A DNA stretch of 32,000 nucleotides from Candidatus Heimdallarchaeota archaeon. Its GTDB lineage: Archaea > Asgardarchaeota > Wukongarchaeia > Wukongarchaeales > JBHIFL01. Numbering within the stretch: position 1 is the first letter of the stretch; the number at the start of each line of letters is the position of its first letter. Location: positions 1 through 32,000 of the forward strand of contig JBHIFL010000019.1 of assembly GCA_046761065.1 (NCBI GenBank). Direction: 5' to 3'. The position numbers and the translations under genes were made by a program. Shown here piece after piece: positions 16,569 to 25,390 of the stretch. Under the pieces are notes generated by a model. The model had not been told where the DNA came from and did no database searches. It saw only the letters and a list, made by a program, of their open reading frames with translations.

Positions 16569-17294
16569 TTATGCAAGACTTTTAGTGTTTTTAAAGGATA
16601 TTATGCGGCGTAAAAGCCCAATAAGTGTATGAAGTTCTCGCCCCGTTAAATAACTTCGCCCCAAGATGCTTTTAAAAACCATTCTAGCAATCTGTTGTTT
16701 GTGAGCTGGATACTTAATTCGTTCAAGGAGATTCATAAAGACATTTAATGCAACCTTTTTTTCCATTCTATTCCCAAGCCGATATTTTTTGGGAGTGAAG
16801 GGGATCCAAGCTCTATAAAGAACGTACAAAACAATTGCTACAGCGTTCACTAAATTCAGTGTTGAATAGCTTGAGGCGGTAGGTATTGTCATCACTACAT
16901 CACATTGCTCTAATTCAATATTTGTAAGACCAGAATCTTCCCTACCGAATATAATGGCAATTTCCCCACGATAATCACAGAGAGGAATAAGTTCTTCTGG
17001 AGGGATAGCTATACGTTGGAGATTATAATCACCACCAATATTGGAAGTTGTTCCAATGGCTAGATCCATGTTTTCTATTGCACTTTTAAGAGAAAAAGTG
17101 ATCTCAGCCGAGTCTAATACTTCCTGAGCATGCATGGCAAAGCGTCTAGTGATTTCAGCATCTAAATCCACTTGAGAATTGACTAGCACAAGCGAACACA
17201 TATCAAAGTTCTTAATCACACGTGCGATAGCTCCTACACTCATTTCATATTTTGGTTCTACTAGCACTATATGAAATCGAGGGGTTTTTTGCAT
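16569..17294 (-). CDS. SPOUT-class (SpoU/TrmH family) RNA 2'-O-methyltransferase, TrmJ-like
   Basis: IVLVEPKYEMSVGAIARVIKNFD..., IAIIFGREDSGLTNIELEQCDVVMTIP...STLNLVNAVAIVLY are SpoU motifs 1-3. Confidence 0.75.
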   Translation of the reverse strand: MQKTPRFHIVLVEPKYEMSVGAIARVIKNFDMCSLVLVNSQVDLDAEITRRFAMHAQEVLDSAEITFSLKSAIENMDLAIGTTSNIGGDYNLQRIAIPPEELIPLCDYRGEIAIIFGREDSGLTNIELEQCDVVMTIPTASSYSTLNLVNAVAIVLYVLYRAWIPFTPKKYRLGNRMEKKVALNVFMNLLERIKYPAHKQQIARMVFKSILGRSYLTGRELHTLIGLLRRIISFKNTKSLA

Positions 17295-17367
17295 ATTGCC
17301 ACCTCAAAAATGCACATCGAAAAGAATAAACAATATTATAAATCGTTCAATCCTAGAATTTTTCGTC

Positions 17368-18291
17368 TTATAGCTGTAAAATTTCGGTGAAAGAAATTCC
17401 ATGAGATTGAAAGGAAACATGTAAATTATTAAATAACTGCAAGATTTCATGAGAATAAAGATGTAAAGGGCGTTTATCTTGCATCATGAGAAGATAAAGT
17501 ACTTTCTCAACTAGACAACTAATATGCTTGCCGTGACGCTTGAAATAAGGAATTAAATTGTTCACAACTTTTTTGTTTTTCCTAGAGAACAAAAGGGTAA
17601 GAAATTTTTCAAACAGATCTAAATTGATCTTAGGGATGTCTCTCCGAGGAGTTATCTTGACAATAGCAGATGTAATGTTTGGGGAGGGAAAGAACGCCTC
17701 CCGGCTTAGTTTGCGTAGCAATGTTGTTTTAAAAAAAAGGGTAGATTGAACGGAAATCCGGCTATATTCACGATCTCCAGCAGATGCTAGTAATCGTTGG
17801 GCGAATTCGAGTTGATATGTTATTATAGCTTCACTGAATTTTTCCCGAGTTAACTTCAATGTAATTGGACTTGAGATTTGATATGGTAGGTTGGAAACTA
17901 ATTTGTCAAACTGAGGCCATTCTATATTACAAGCATCTCCTGGGAGAATTACAACATTACTGAAATCTCTTAATAAAATCGACAAAATTTCAATCAAATT
18001 GTGATCATTTTCAATTATTATTAACTGTTTTGCTTTTGAAGCTAAAAATAATGATAGGGTACCGATCCCCCCCCCAATTTCCATGATAATTTCATCCGAC
18101 TTAGGATTGGTATTTAAAAGTATAAATTTAAGAACTTCGGGGTTAATGAGAAAATGTTGTCCCTTTTTTCGCCGAGGTCGAAATCCATAAGCTGAAAGGA
18201 TGTTCTTGGTAAATTGCAGCAATTCAGATTTTGTAATTTGATCTGGATCACATGGGAGTAGACTTCTTGCGAGCTCAATTCGATTCTGCAA
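17368..18291 (-). CDS. rsmA: 16S rRNA (adenine1518/1519-N6)-dimethyltransferase KsgA/RsmA/Dim1
   Basis: KKGQHFLINPEVLKFIL, EIGGGIGTLSLFLA (SAM motif I), VSNLPYQISSPI (NLPY catalytic motif). Confidence 0.88.
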   Translation of the reverse strand: MQNRIELARSLLPCDPDQITKSELLQFTKNILSAYGFRPRRKKGQHFLINPEVLKFILLNTNPKSDEIIMEIGGGIGTLSLFLASKAKQLIIIENDHNLIEILSILLRDFSNVVILPGDACNIEWPQFDKLVSNLPYQISSPITLKLTREKFSEAIITYQLEFAQRLLASAGDREYSRISVQSTLFFKTTLLRKLSREAFFPSPNITSAIVKITPRRDIPKINLDLFEKFLTLLFSRKNKKVVNNLIPYFKRHGKHISCLVEKVLYLLMMQDKRPLHLYSHEILQLFNNLHVSFQSHGISFTEILQL

Positions 18292-18490
18292 ATTATTTTC
18301 AGTCCTTTAATTATATTCCTTCATTTCAACCCAGAAAAGTTTCTTTATCTATTAATGAAGAAAGAATTAATCTTCTAACTGTCTTTAGGTTCTTAGGTAA
18401 TACAATTCATTCAGCAGATTAAAAAGATAATAAGAATAATATAGCTAAAAAGGATCCAATTCTAACTAAAATTGTGAAAGGCTTCAAACT

Positions 18491-19099
18491 TTATTCTGGT
18501 GGGGTGAAGAGTCTATATTTTTCATTTCCTTCAAGTTCTGATAAGATTCGCCCCCAAATTATTTTTTGGGGGTCAGATATGCCACATCTTTTACTTAAAT
18601 CAGAATAATCAACGAATGGGGCCTTTTTTCGCTCTTCAATTATACGCCACATATTTTTCTTTCCAATTCCTGGTAGGAGTTCTAATTGGTGCATTCTGGG
18701 AGTGATTGGGACTGCTGAATTGAAGAAATCAATGAAGTCGGCCTCTCGTTTTGTTAAAATGGTTTTGATAACATTTGGTAATTCAGATTTCGCTGTGAAA
18801 GTTAAATCATTTGCTTTTAATCGTCTCTTAACATGATTTACCACATCTCGCCCACCTCGTCCGATCTTGATCCGATCTAATGGTTGTAAACTTTGATTAC
18901 GTTTCACAATCAGCTCTAAAAGAGTAAAGAATGATTCACCAATAGCCTGAATTATTGGTTCACGTTGATGACGTGAACGTGGATCTGAAGGATAACCCTC
19001 AGGAAGGAAATCCAAGACATAAACAAATTCTTCATATTTTTTTCTTTTTTCAGGTCTGCGAGCACTTTTCAATATTTTCAACTCTTCTAGTACTGACAT
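18491..19099 (-). CDS. DUF655-family protein (conserved archaeal partner of KsgA/RpoF/eL21)
   Basis: YVLDFLPEGYPSD...PIIQAIGESFFTLLEL...FFNSAVPITPRMHQLELLPGIGKK (HhH-like). The conserved synteny eL21-RpoF-DUF655-KsgA is reproduced here. Confidence 0.7.
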   Translation of the reverse strand: MSVLEELKILKSARRPEKRKKYEEFVYVLDFLPEGYPSDPRSRHQREPIIQAIGESFFTLLELIVKRNQSLQPLDRIKIGRGGRDVVNHVKRRLKANDLTFTAKSELPNVIKTILTKREADFIDFFNSAVPITPRMHQLELLPGIGKKNMWRIIEERKKAPFVDYSDLSKRCGISDPQKIIWGRILSELEGNEKYRLFTPPE

Positions 19100-19135
19100 A
19101 AATAATGAAGTAGGACAAATAACCCAAATAGGAGA

Positions 19136-19471
19136 TTAATCCACTTCTTCGATATATTTAAAGATCGCATTGAGCTTGGTCCGATCCAAGTTAGGATATC
19201 GCTCAGAGATAATACTTTTGAGCTCTTCTAATGTTTCAGGAAGTATATTACAAATTTGAACAGCCGACTCCAAATCCAAGTCAAAATCAGCCTGTAATCT
19301 TGCGATTAGACGAGATGCTTGATCTGCACTCAATCGGGAAAATTTTGTTGCATGATCAAGAGCAACACGCTGGGTATAATTAAAATTCCCATCTTCTGCG
19401 CGTTGTTCCAACATCGCCTTTACTTCCGAGATAGCCAAAGGCTTTTGTTTCAAAATCTTTCTGGGCACCAC
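19136..19471 (-). CDS. rpoF: DNA-directed RNA polymerase subunit F (Rpo4/RpoF, Rpb4 homolog)
   Basis: ~111 aa with PLAISEVKAMLEQRAEDGNFNYTQRVALDHATKFSRL...AVQICNILPETLEELKSII. GTG start; synteny with eL21. Confidence 0.75.
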   Translation of the reverse strand: MVPRKILKQKPLAISEVKAMLEQRAEDGNFNYTQRVALDHATKFSRLSADQASRLIARLQADFDLDLESAVQICNILPETLEELKSIISERYPNLDRTKLNAIFKYIEEVD

Positions 19472-19495
19472 TTCGCCTCCTTAAATTCAATGGTG

Positions 19496-19789
19496 TTACA
19501 ATTGAGGACGTAAGTGTTCTGGTCGAGAAATAATGAGTTTTTCTCGTCCCATATCTTTTATGTTTATTAGATACGATCTTCCCCGTTTTCCCACAATTTT
19601 TCCGGTTTTTCCGTGAAATCGACGGTGTGGACGTCCTTTTTGAACACTTGGTTCAAGAATCACTGTTACTCTATCACCATTCGTATATTCTCGCAATATT
19701 ACACTAAGTGGCGGCATTCCTTTCTTACGAACAGACTTTTTTAGGAGGTTGCGAGATTTAAACCATGTTCCCTTTGATTTACGAACCAT
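19496..19789 (-). CDS. rpl21e: 50S ribosomal protein eL21
   Basis: MVRKSKGTWFKSRNLLKK...GDRVTVILEPSVQKGRPHRRFHGKTGKIVGKRG. ATG at 19789 is preferred; the ORF-track extension to 19894 overlaps pus10. Confidence 0.9.
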   Translation of the reverse strand: MVRKSKGTWFKSRNLLKKSVRKKGMPPLSVILREYTNGDRVTVILEPSVQKGRPHRRFHGKTGKIVGKRGRSYLINIKDMGREKLIISRPEHLRPQL

Positions 19790-19793
19790 ATAA

Positions 19794-21134
19794 TTATCCC
19801 CTAAAATGTATATCAAGTACATCAAGTGTTTTTGAGACAGCTTCTGTATGCAAGATGCAACTGACACTAGGATTTGTTCTCCCATTGTCACCATGAATCA
19901 ATTCTTTCACGTACAATCCACCTTCACAACGAATCCTCATCTCTAGCTCCTTTTTCCCCACAATGTTCGCTGAAAAGCTGCGGATCCTTCGTTTTCGAAG
20001 TTTATCAGTGCGACGATGGAGCACACGACTCGGGGTTCGTTGTTCAATCACTGCCTGCGAAAGCGTCTCTTCCAAGATTTTTATATCTTCCTCTCTAACT
20101 GGTCTACCTAATTCGACTCTAAGAAGATATGTTTTATCGATTGACCTGCTCTGAGTCTTCAATTTAACAATCATAAGTCGATTGGTGAATTTAAGAGAAG
20201 ATACCTCCACTTTTCCCGCTGCAAATTCATTTATCTGTCTTTTTAATATGTCAAGATCTATGTTTCTTATATGTGGGTTTTTCAATTCTATGACGAATGG
20301 GCGTCCAACCCCAAGGGTCCTGGCATCGATATCTTCTCGCCCTGCCGCATGAAATTTCGCTTTTTCAGCCTTTGTCGAAGAAACTGTAGGTAAAACAATT
20401 AATTCATCAATTGATGTTTCATATTTTCGCCCAGTTCCCTGACATTCTTCGCAACCTTCTCCGTCACAGCTCGAACAGATCCAAAGAGCTTGGGGAATAC
20501 CTGTAACTAGCTTACGGTATCTCCCAAAAATGAATAAAGGGTTTACCTGGAATTTAAAATTATTTTGTTTCAAATCATAGACGAAAACAACATTAGGAGC
20601 TTGTGTTATAGCTTTTTTCCCAGTTTTTTCCTGAATCTTTTTTCCTAATTCACGATTAAATTCAGATTTAATCGATTCACCATATAAGATATTGAATTGT
20701 GTGCGCAACTCATCTTCACGATCGATAAGCCTACCCATCCCAGCGGATCCTACAAGAAATGTATCAAAACTGTATGGCCCACTTGCTTGTATTGCAAGAC
20801 TTGCATATTCATCTAGTCGGGTGAATAGATCTTCACAAAGATAACATCTTATTGGATCAGGAGGCGTTTCGCCTAACACCTCCAGAGTAGATCGTGCTAT
20901 AACAAATCCACTTCGAGAGACTACTGTTAGGATTTCAATGGCTTTTTGTTTTTGTGTAGTTTTAAACAATGAATGCGCATGGATTGTTAAGATCAACTTT
21001 AATGCATTACCCCGCTCACAATTCGTTGTTCCGTGGGCTAGTTGGGCAAATTGCCGTCCCAAGCAGTGAGAACACAGAGAGTATTCATTGAGTAGCTGAA
21101 TCAACCCTTCGATCAAAGATCTGGCTCCTGTCAA
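19794..21134 (-). CDS. pus10: tRNA pseudouridine(54/55) synthase Pus10
   Basis: N-terminal CSHCLGRQF plus CxxC...CEECQGTG zinc motifs. The C-terminus RVLHRRTDKLRKRRI...GGLYVKELIHGDNGRTNPSVS is the Pus10 catalytic-domain signature. Confidence 0.85.
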   Translation of the reverse strand: MTGARSLIEGLIQLLNEYSLCSHCLGRQFAQLAHGTTNCERGNALKLILTIHAHSLFKTTQKQKAIEILTVVSRSGFVIARSTLEVLGETPPDPIRCYLCEDLFTRLDEYASLAIQASGPYSFDTFLVGSAGMGRLIDREDELRTQFNILYGESIKSEFNRELGKKIQEKTGKKAITQAPNVVFVYDLKQNNFKFQVNPLFIFGRYRKLVTGIPQALWICSSCDGEGCEECQGTGRKYETSIDELIVLPTVSSTKAEKAKFHAAGREDIDARTLGVGRPFVIELKNPHIRNIDLDILKRQINEFAAGKVEVSSLKFTNRLMIVKLKTQSRSIDKTYLLRVELGRPVREEDIKILEETLSQAVIEQRTPSRVLHRRTDKLRKRRIRSFSANIVGKKELEMRIRCEGGLYVKELIHGDNGRTNPSVSCILHTEAVSKTLDVLDIHFRG

Positions 21135-21708
21135 ATTCTATGTTCAACACTGAAGGTACTACACAGAGATTAAACGTGAAAGGAAAGTAAATCTTCCCAA
21201 AGAGAGGAAAATAAGATTCTAAGTTAGCCTTATCTGTCGATGGGACTCCTATTTGAATTAAATATTGTTCGTCTTTTGGAAGTGAAGTAAGACTTAGAGT
21301 TTGATCCCCATGTTCCACAATAATAAGTGAAAATTGATTAAGGGTGGCTCTCAATTCTTCTAGGCTTTTAAAGATTCTGATGCCTGACCGTTGGAAAAAC
21401 AAGTGATTTAATCGTCTTTTACACACTAACTTGATAGCTTTATCGAGGATTAATAGGATAGACCGAAAATCAGGTCGCATATTGCGAAGTCTATTCGAAG
21501 AAATTTGAATTATCTTATAGATATCATCTGATAAAATTAAAAAAACATTAACATCCTTGCGAATATCATGTGATAAGAAGAGCGATGAATAAACAAATAA
21601 CGGAAGAGAATAAGCATTCTTTCGGTAGTCAGATTTTGGGAAATTTAATTCACGCTTCGAAAAACGTAAGCTGGAAGCAGGAATGTACCTAATATAGTTA
21701 CGCGTCAA
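21085..21708 (-). CDS. trmY: tRNA (pseudouridine54-N1)-methyltransferase TrmY-like (SPOUT, DUF358)
   Basis: SSLFLSHDIRKDVNVFLIL and NMRPDFRSILLILDKAI resemble the TrmY motifs (LFLSHGIRRD / PDERS). It lies directly upstream of pus10, a known association. TTG start; the 3' end overlaps the pus10 ORF by 50 nt. Confidence 0.62.
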   Translation of the reverse strand: MTRNYIRYIPASSLRFSKRELNFPKSDYRKNAYSLPLFVYSSLFLSHDIRKDVNVFLILSDDIYKIIQISSNRLRNMRPDFRSILLILDKAIKLVCKRRLNHLFFQRSGIRIFKSLEELRATLNQFSLIIVEHGDQTLSLTSLPKDEQYLIQIGVPSTDKANLESYFPLFGKIYFPFTFNLCVVPSVLNIEFDRSQIFDRRVDSATQ

Positions 21709-21891
21709 GAACTGTCATCTCGAACCTATTCCTAAAAATATAAGAAAAGTATTCGGAGTTTACAGAAATTATTTTGTTTTTTAACAAATTTTACATAAGG
21801 AAGGGATTATGTTCGGAGAATAGGGTACTCCGAATAAACTGTCTGGGAGAAGCATCAAATACACGTCTGTGAAATGGGAGCCACCCTGATA

Positions 21892-22983
21892 TTATTTGAC
21901 AATGTTATAAGTATCTTTCAAAGGATTATCTCTGACCTCCTCCCCACCCTGAAGGGTTGAGGGTTCCGAGTTCGCTCGCGTTCGGGGCGGTGCCTCCTTG
22001 GGGGGATGAGTGCTCCCCTCGCATCTACCTCTTTTTGCATGCGATTGAGCAATACTTGGACGGCCTGTGATATTGAACGCCGCATTCACATCCGCATGCC
22101 CAAGCTGTCCACACTGGGGACAAAAGAACGCTTTCTCATTTCGAGTGCCTAGGTGTCCACACCGGCTACACGTTTGCGAAGTATAGACAGGATCAACATA
22201 GATGACGGGGATTTTTAGCAGCTTGGCTTTGTATTCTATCATCTGTTGGAGTTGATAGAACGACCAACTGTGCAAGGAATAGAGAAATGAGCGCGTTGAT
22301 TTGGCGGTTTGGCGAACCCCATTTAATTGTTCCATTTTTAAGCCGAGCTTGCTGAGCTAGAGTCATGCGTTTTCGGCTGATTTTATGGTTCGTGTCCCGC
22401 ATGATCCGCCGCTCGCGATCCTTGACCTTCTTGACCAGTTTGTAGGCTCCAGCTTTCTGCAGCTTCTTCCGGTGGTTCTAGTATTTCTTGTGGATATGCT
22501 CGCATTTTTTGCCGAGTTTCCATCTTTTCCTGTCGTAGGATTGGCAAACACCGCGAAATGTCCTGTAGTGTTGAGATCTACCCCAAGATAGCCCTTCGGC
22601 TACATAGGGGGTTGTTCAGGAATGGTCACTGCCACATAGATGTAGGTGTCCCCTACCTCAATTTGGTTAATCTTCTCAAAATGGTTAGGGAACTCCTAGT
22701 GGGAGGAGAACTTCAAGCAAGGTACTCGAATGAGCCGCTGGGCTTAATCCCCTTTAATCCCTTGATTGGGAATGGTCAATTTAACCGACGGCACCCGTTT
22801 GATGGTTTTATTTCGCCCATATTTCCACAAAATTTGGTTGGCAATCATAGACTTGAGTCCCAAATGCTTGACGTCTTTCTAGGAGAAGATACGATGTTTA
22901 AGGGTAAATACCGCCACTTGCCGGGCTTTGCGAAGGTCTTTCGAGAAGTCCCAGGTATGTTTAGCTTTGTAGGTGAGAATCAT
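21892..22983 (-). pseudogene. tnpB: tnpB (RNA-guided RuvC nuclease family) pseudogene
   Basis: Own translation from ATG 22983: MILTYKAKHTWDF... with in-frame stops TAG 22879-81, TAA 22744-46, TAG 22696-98 and TAG 22600-02. It continues YLGVDLNTTGHFAV (RuvC-I), has a frameshift in the ggaaaaga run near 22525, a further TAG, and a second frameshift near 22340. The 3' ORF keeps SWSFYQL...[15 protein letters not shown]...[20 protein letters not shown]. Confidence 0.85.
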
Positions 22984-23393
22984 TTCCCTTTCTGCTCCTC
23001 GATATATTTTTTCACAGCTTCGAGCGTCACTGCTCCCACTGAGGAAATAAACTTAGAATGCGTCCACAAGGTTGGAAGACGGCGCTTCAGCTGAGGAAAG
23101 TCTTCACGAAGGTGGCGAGAGGTATAGCCCTTGATTTTGTTCACGATCAGGAAAATGCCAATCTTCGGGCTTACATCTAGCAACAAATGCGCATGATCGG
23201 ATAATATTTCCATATCAAGAACCTCATAGCCGTACTCTCGTTGCTTTTCAAGAACCAAGGCTTTCAGGGCAGTAGCAATATCCTCTTCGAGCACTGGACG
23301 GTGATACTTCGGACAGAAAATCATATAGTTTTGACAACTATAGACAAAGTGTTTAGCTGAATGATACTTCTTGGTGCGTTGTTTGATCGCCAT
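22980..23393 (-). CDS. tnpA: IS200/IS605-family Y1 (HUH) transposase TnpA, apparently intact
   Basis: 137 aa: YSCQNYMIFCPKYHRPVL, HUH motif SDHAHLLLDV, LPTLWTHSKFISSVG, and the C-terminal helix VKKYIEEQ carrying the catalytic Tyr (compare IS608 KQYIENQ). Confidence 0.9.
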   Translation of the reverse strand: MAIKQRTKKYHSAKHFVYSCQNYMIFCPKYHRPVLEEDIATALKALVLEKQREYGYEVLDMEILSDHAHLLLDVSPKIGIFLIVNKIKGYTSRHLREDFPQLKRRLPTLWTHSKFISSVGAVTLEAVKKYIEEQKGK

Positions 23394-23670
23394 GATTTTA
23401 TTATACTACAATGCTTCTTATATCCTTTTTAATACGTCGCAATTCAGCCTTTCCTTGAAAGGATGGGGCTTTCTTGCGACTTTGCTTGTAAAGAGGGCTT
23501 TAACTGGGTGTTAATACACCCCTTTATAGTTAGAAATCTTTATCCGCAAAAAGTGATAATAAGGAATCTTACAAACCTGTTTTATAGAATGATGGAAAAA
23601 AAGATTCGGATGATTGCATTATCGCTCTATTGAAGGCAGTGCTTTCTTGTTCTATTATGAATATTTATAA

Positions 23671-25008
23671 TTATCCCCAAGGGAATTTTTGGCGGCGAAA
23701 ACGACGGTCTCCCCTCATCTGTTTCATTAATTTCCTTGTCTGATCATATTGTTTCAAAAGTTGTTGAACAACTGGTACAGAAGTTCCTGATCCACGGGCT
23801 ATTCTATTAATCCTTGAACTCTTCCGAAGAATCCGTGGGTTGTCTAATTCTTCATCTGTCATGCTTTCAAGAATGGCAATCCATTTTTTCATGTTTTCTT
23901 TGCTCATATCATCAAATTCCGGGGGCAAACTGGGCCCAATCCCTGGCAGCCCAGATAAAAGCCGACTTATTCGACCCATCCCTTGAAAATGCTGGATTTG
24001 CTGATAAAGATGGCGTAAAGTGAACTTTCCTGACATAATAGCTCGCATGACTTCTTCTTCTGAGATGACTCCTGCCTCTTGGATTCGCTTCAGAATGGAT
24101 TCAAGATCCCCAAGTCCTAGAAGAGTCCCAACAAATTTTGGAGGAGAAAACTTTTCAAGGTCGTCTATTTTCTCACCCATACCTATGAACTTGATAGGAG
24201 CTCCAGTAGCAGCTGCAGCAGAGATCGCACCACCCCCTTTAGCTGCTCCATCCAACTTAGTGACGATAATTGATCCGACATTTGTCGCATTGTTGAATGC
24301 AGCTGCTTGAGAGTAAGCTTGTTGTCCTATTGTCCCATCTAGAACAAGAATTATCTCGTCAGGGTGCGTCAGATCCGCTATCGCCTTCATCTCTTGGATC
24401 AAGCCATGTTCATCTTTGTGTCTTCCTGCTGTATCTATAATAATTACATCAACTGCTCGTTGAAAAAATTCTTCAATCCCTTGTTTTGCAATTTTGGCAG
24501 GATTTTGTTCCCGTGGATTAGAGAATAGTGGAATATCTATTTTTTTTAGAAGTTGGTATAATTGATCACTTGCGCCAGGGCGATAGGTATCTGCACAGAT
24601 CACTGCCACCCGGTATCCGCGCTTTTGGAGGAATCTTGCCAGTTTGGCTGTAGTTGTTGTCTTGCCCGAGCCTTGGATCCCTACAAGCATAAGAAGGGTA
24701 GGACCTTTTGATTTAATACTAAGCCTATGTTCTTTGGTCCCAAGAAGAGTAGCTAATTCTTCGTAGAGGACTCTTATCACATGATATCGCGGTGATATCC
24801 CTCGTGGGATTTTCTCATCTAAAGCACGCTTTTCAACCGTCGTACATACCCTATCCACAAGTTCAATATTAACATCTGCAAGGAGAAGAGATCTTTTAAG
24901 ATCTTTTAGAAGATCTGCAATCAATTCTCTATTGACATAAGACATTTTTCGTACTTTACTAGCGATCTTTGCAAGAGCCGCACCTAGTCCACCTAAAACT
25001 CTACTCAA
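23671..25008 (-). CDS. srp54: signal recognition particle protein SRP54
   Basis: VGIQGSGKTTTTAKLA, ADTYRPGASDQL, IIDTAGRH, VTKLDGAAKGGGA, plus a C-terminal Met-rich M domain. TTG start. Confidence 0.95.
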   Translation of the reverse strand: MSRVLGGLGAALAKIASKVRKMSYVNRELIADLLKDLKRSLLLADVNIELVDRVCTTVEKRALDEKIPRGISPRYHVIRVLYEELATLLGTKEHRLSIKSKGPTLLMLVGIQGSGKTTTTAKLARFLQKRGYRVAVICADTYRPGASDQLYQLLKKIDIPLFSNPREQNPAKIAKQGIEEFFQRAVDVIIIDTAGRHKDEHGLIQEMKAIADLTHPDEIILVLDGTIGQQAYSQAAAFNNATNVGSIIVTKLDGAAKGGGAISAAAATGAPIKFIGMGEKIDDLEKFSPPKFVGTLLGLGDLESILKRIQEAGVISEEEVMRAIMSGKFTLRHLYQQIQHFQGMGRISRLLSGLPGIGPSLPPEFDDMSKENMKKWIAILESMTDEELDNPRILRKSSRINRIARGSGTSVPVVQQLLKQYDQTRKLMKQMRGDRRFRRQKFPWG

Positions 25009-25390
25009 AATTTAAGTCCTCCACAAATCATTTTTTAGCTATTTAATTGGTTTTGATATTAGTGGATTTCGAATGTGCCTTTAAACTTCTTTGCTTCCAT
25101 CCCAAGAACATCCACTCCTTTTATAGAAATTATCGAAGCTCTCTAAAAGTATCATCTGAATCGGCATGATTATTTGTATAAACCGCCCCAGATTTGTGTG
25201 ATGTATGTTTACGACTTGAATATTTTTGAAAAATCTAGGAGAAGTTTCCTAAGCCGCGTATATAGGATCGAAAAAAAAGAATGCGTTCTCCACCCTTGAA
25301 ATAAAACAAGGCATAAAGGGTTTTTATTTTTTTATTCAAACATATAAACGAAAACCACGCTATTGAAAACAGGTCAAGGGATATGGTGCG

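Larger units (their letters stand above)
21745..23485 (-). mobile_element. IS200/IS605-family insertion sequence (tnpA intact, tnpB decayed); ends approximate
   Basis: tnpA and tnpB are joined by an ATGA overlap (22980-22983). Imperfect subterminal hairpin upstream of tnpA: 23436-23480, gtcgcaa...agcc..tcc ttgaaa gga..ggct...ttgcgac. Hairpin downstream of tnpB: 21812-21834, ttcggag/ctccgaa. Confidence 0.75.

Noticed and set aside
22600-22881. Possible stop-codon recoding (TAG as a sense codon, e.g. pyrrolysine) suggested by the four in-frame TAG codons in tnpB (three in this span, a fourth near 22485)
   Set aside because: The same gene also has a TAA and two frameshifts. Housekeeping genes in the window terminate normally on TAG (rpl24, rps8, rpl18, rps5) as well as TAA and TGA. 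Ordinary pseudogenisation explains it.
23040-23075. Apparent loss of a catalytic Tyr in TnpA (S-K-F where I first expected S-Y-F)
   Set aside because: In IS608-type TnpA the corresponding segment is S-C-F. The catalytic Tyr lies on the C-terminal helix (KQYIENQ), and the equivalent VKKYIEEQ is present here. TnpA therefore looks intact.
22558-23094. 178-aa plus-strand ORF inside the IS element
   Set aside because: Antisense to the tnpB pseudogene and the tnpA 3' end. It has no recognisable motif, and the open frame is explained by the coding strand opposite.
24020-24310. Plus-strand ORFs inside srp54 (23814-24023, 24020-24310)
   Set aside because: Antisense shadows of the strongly supported SRP54 G-domain coding region.
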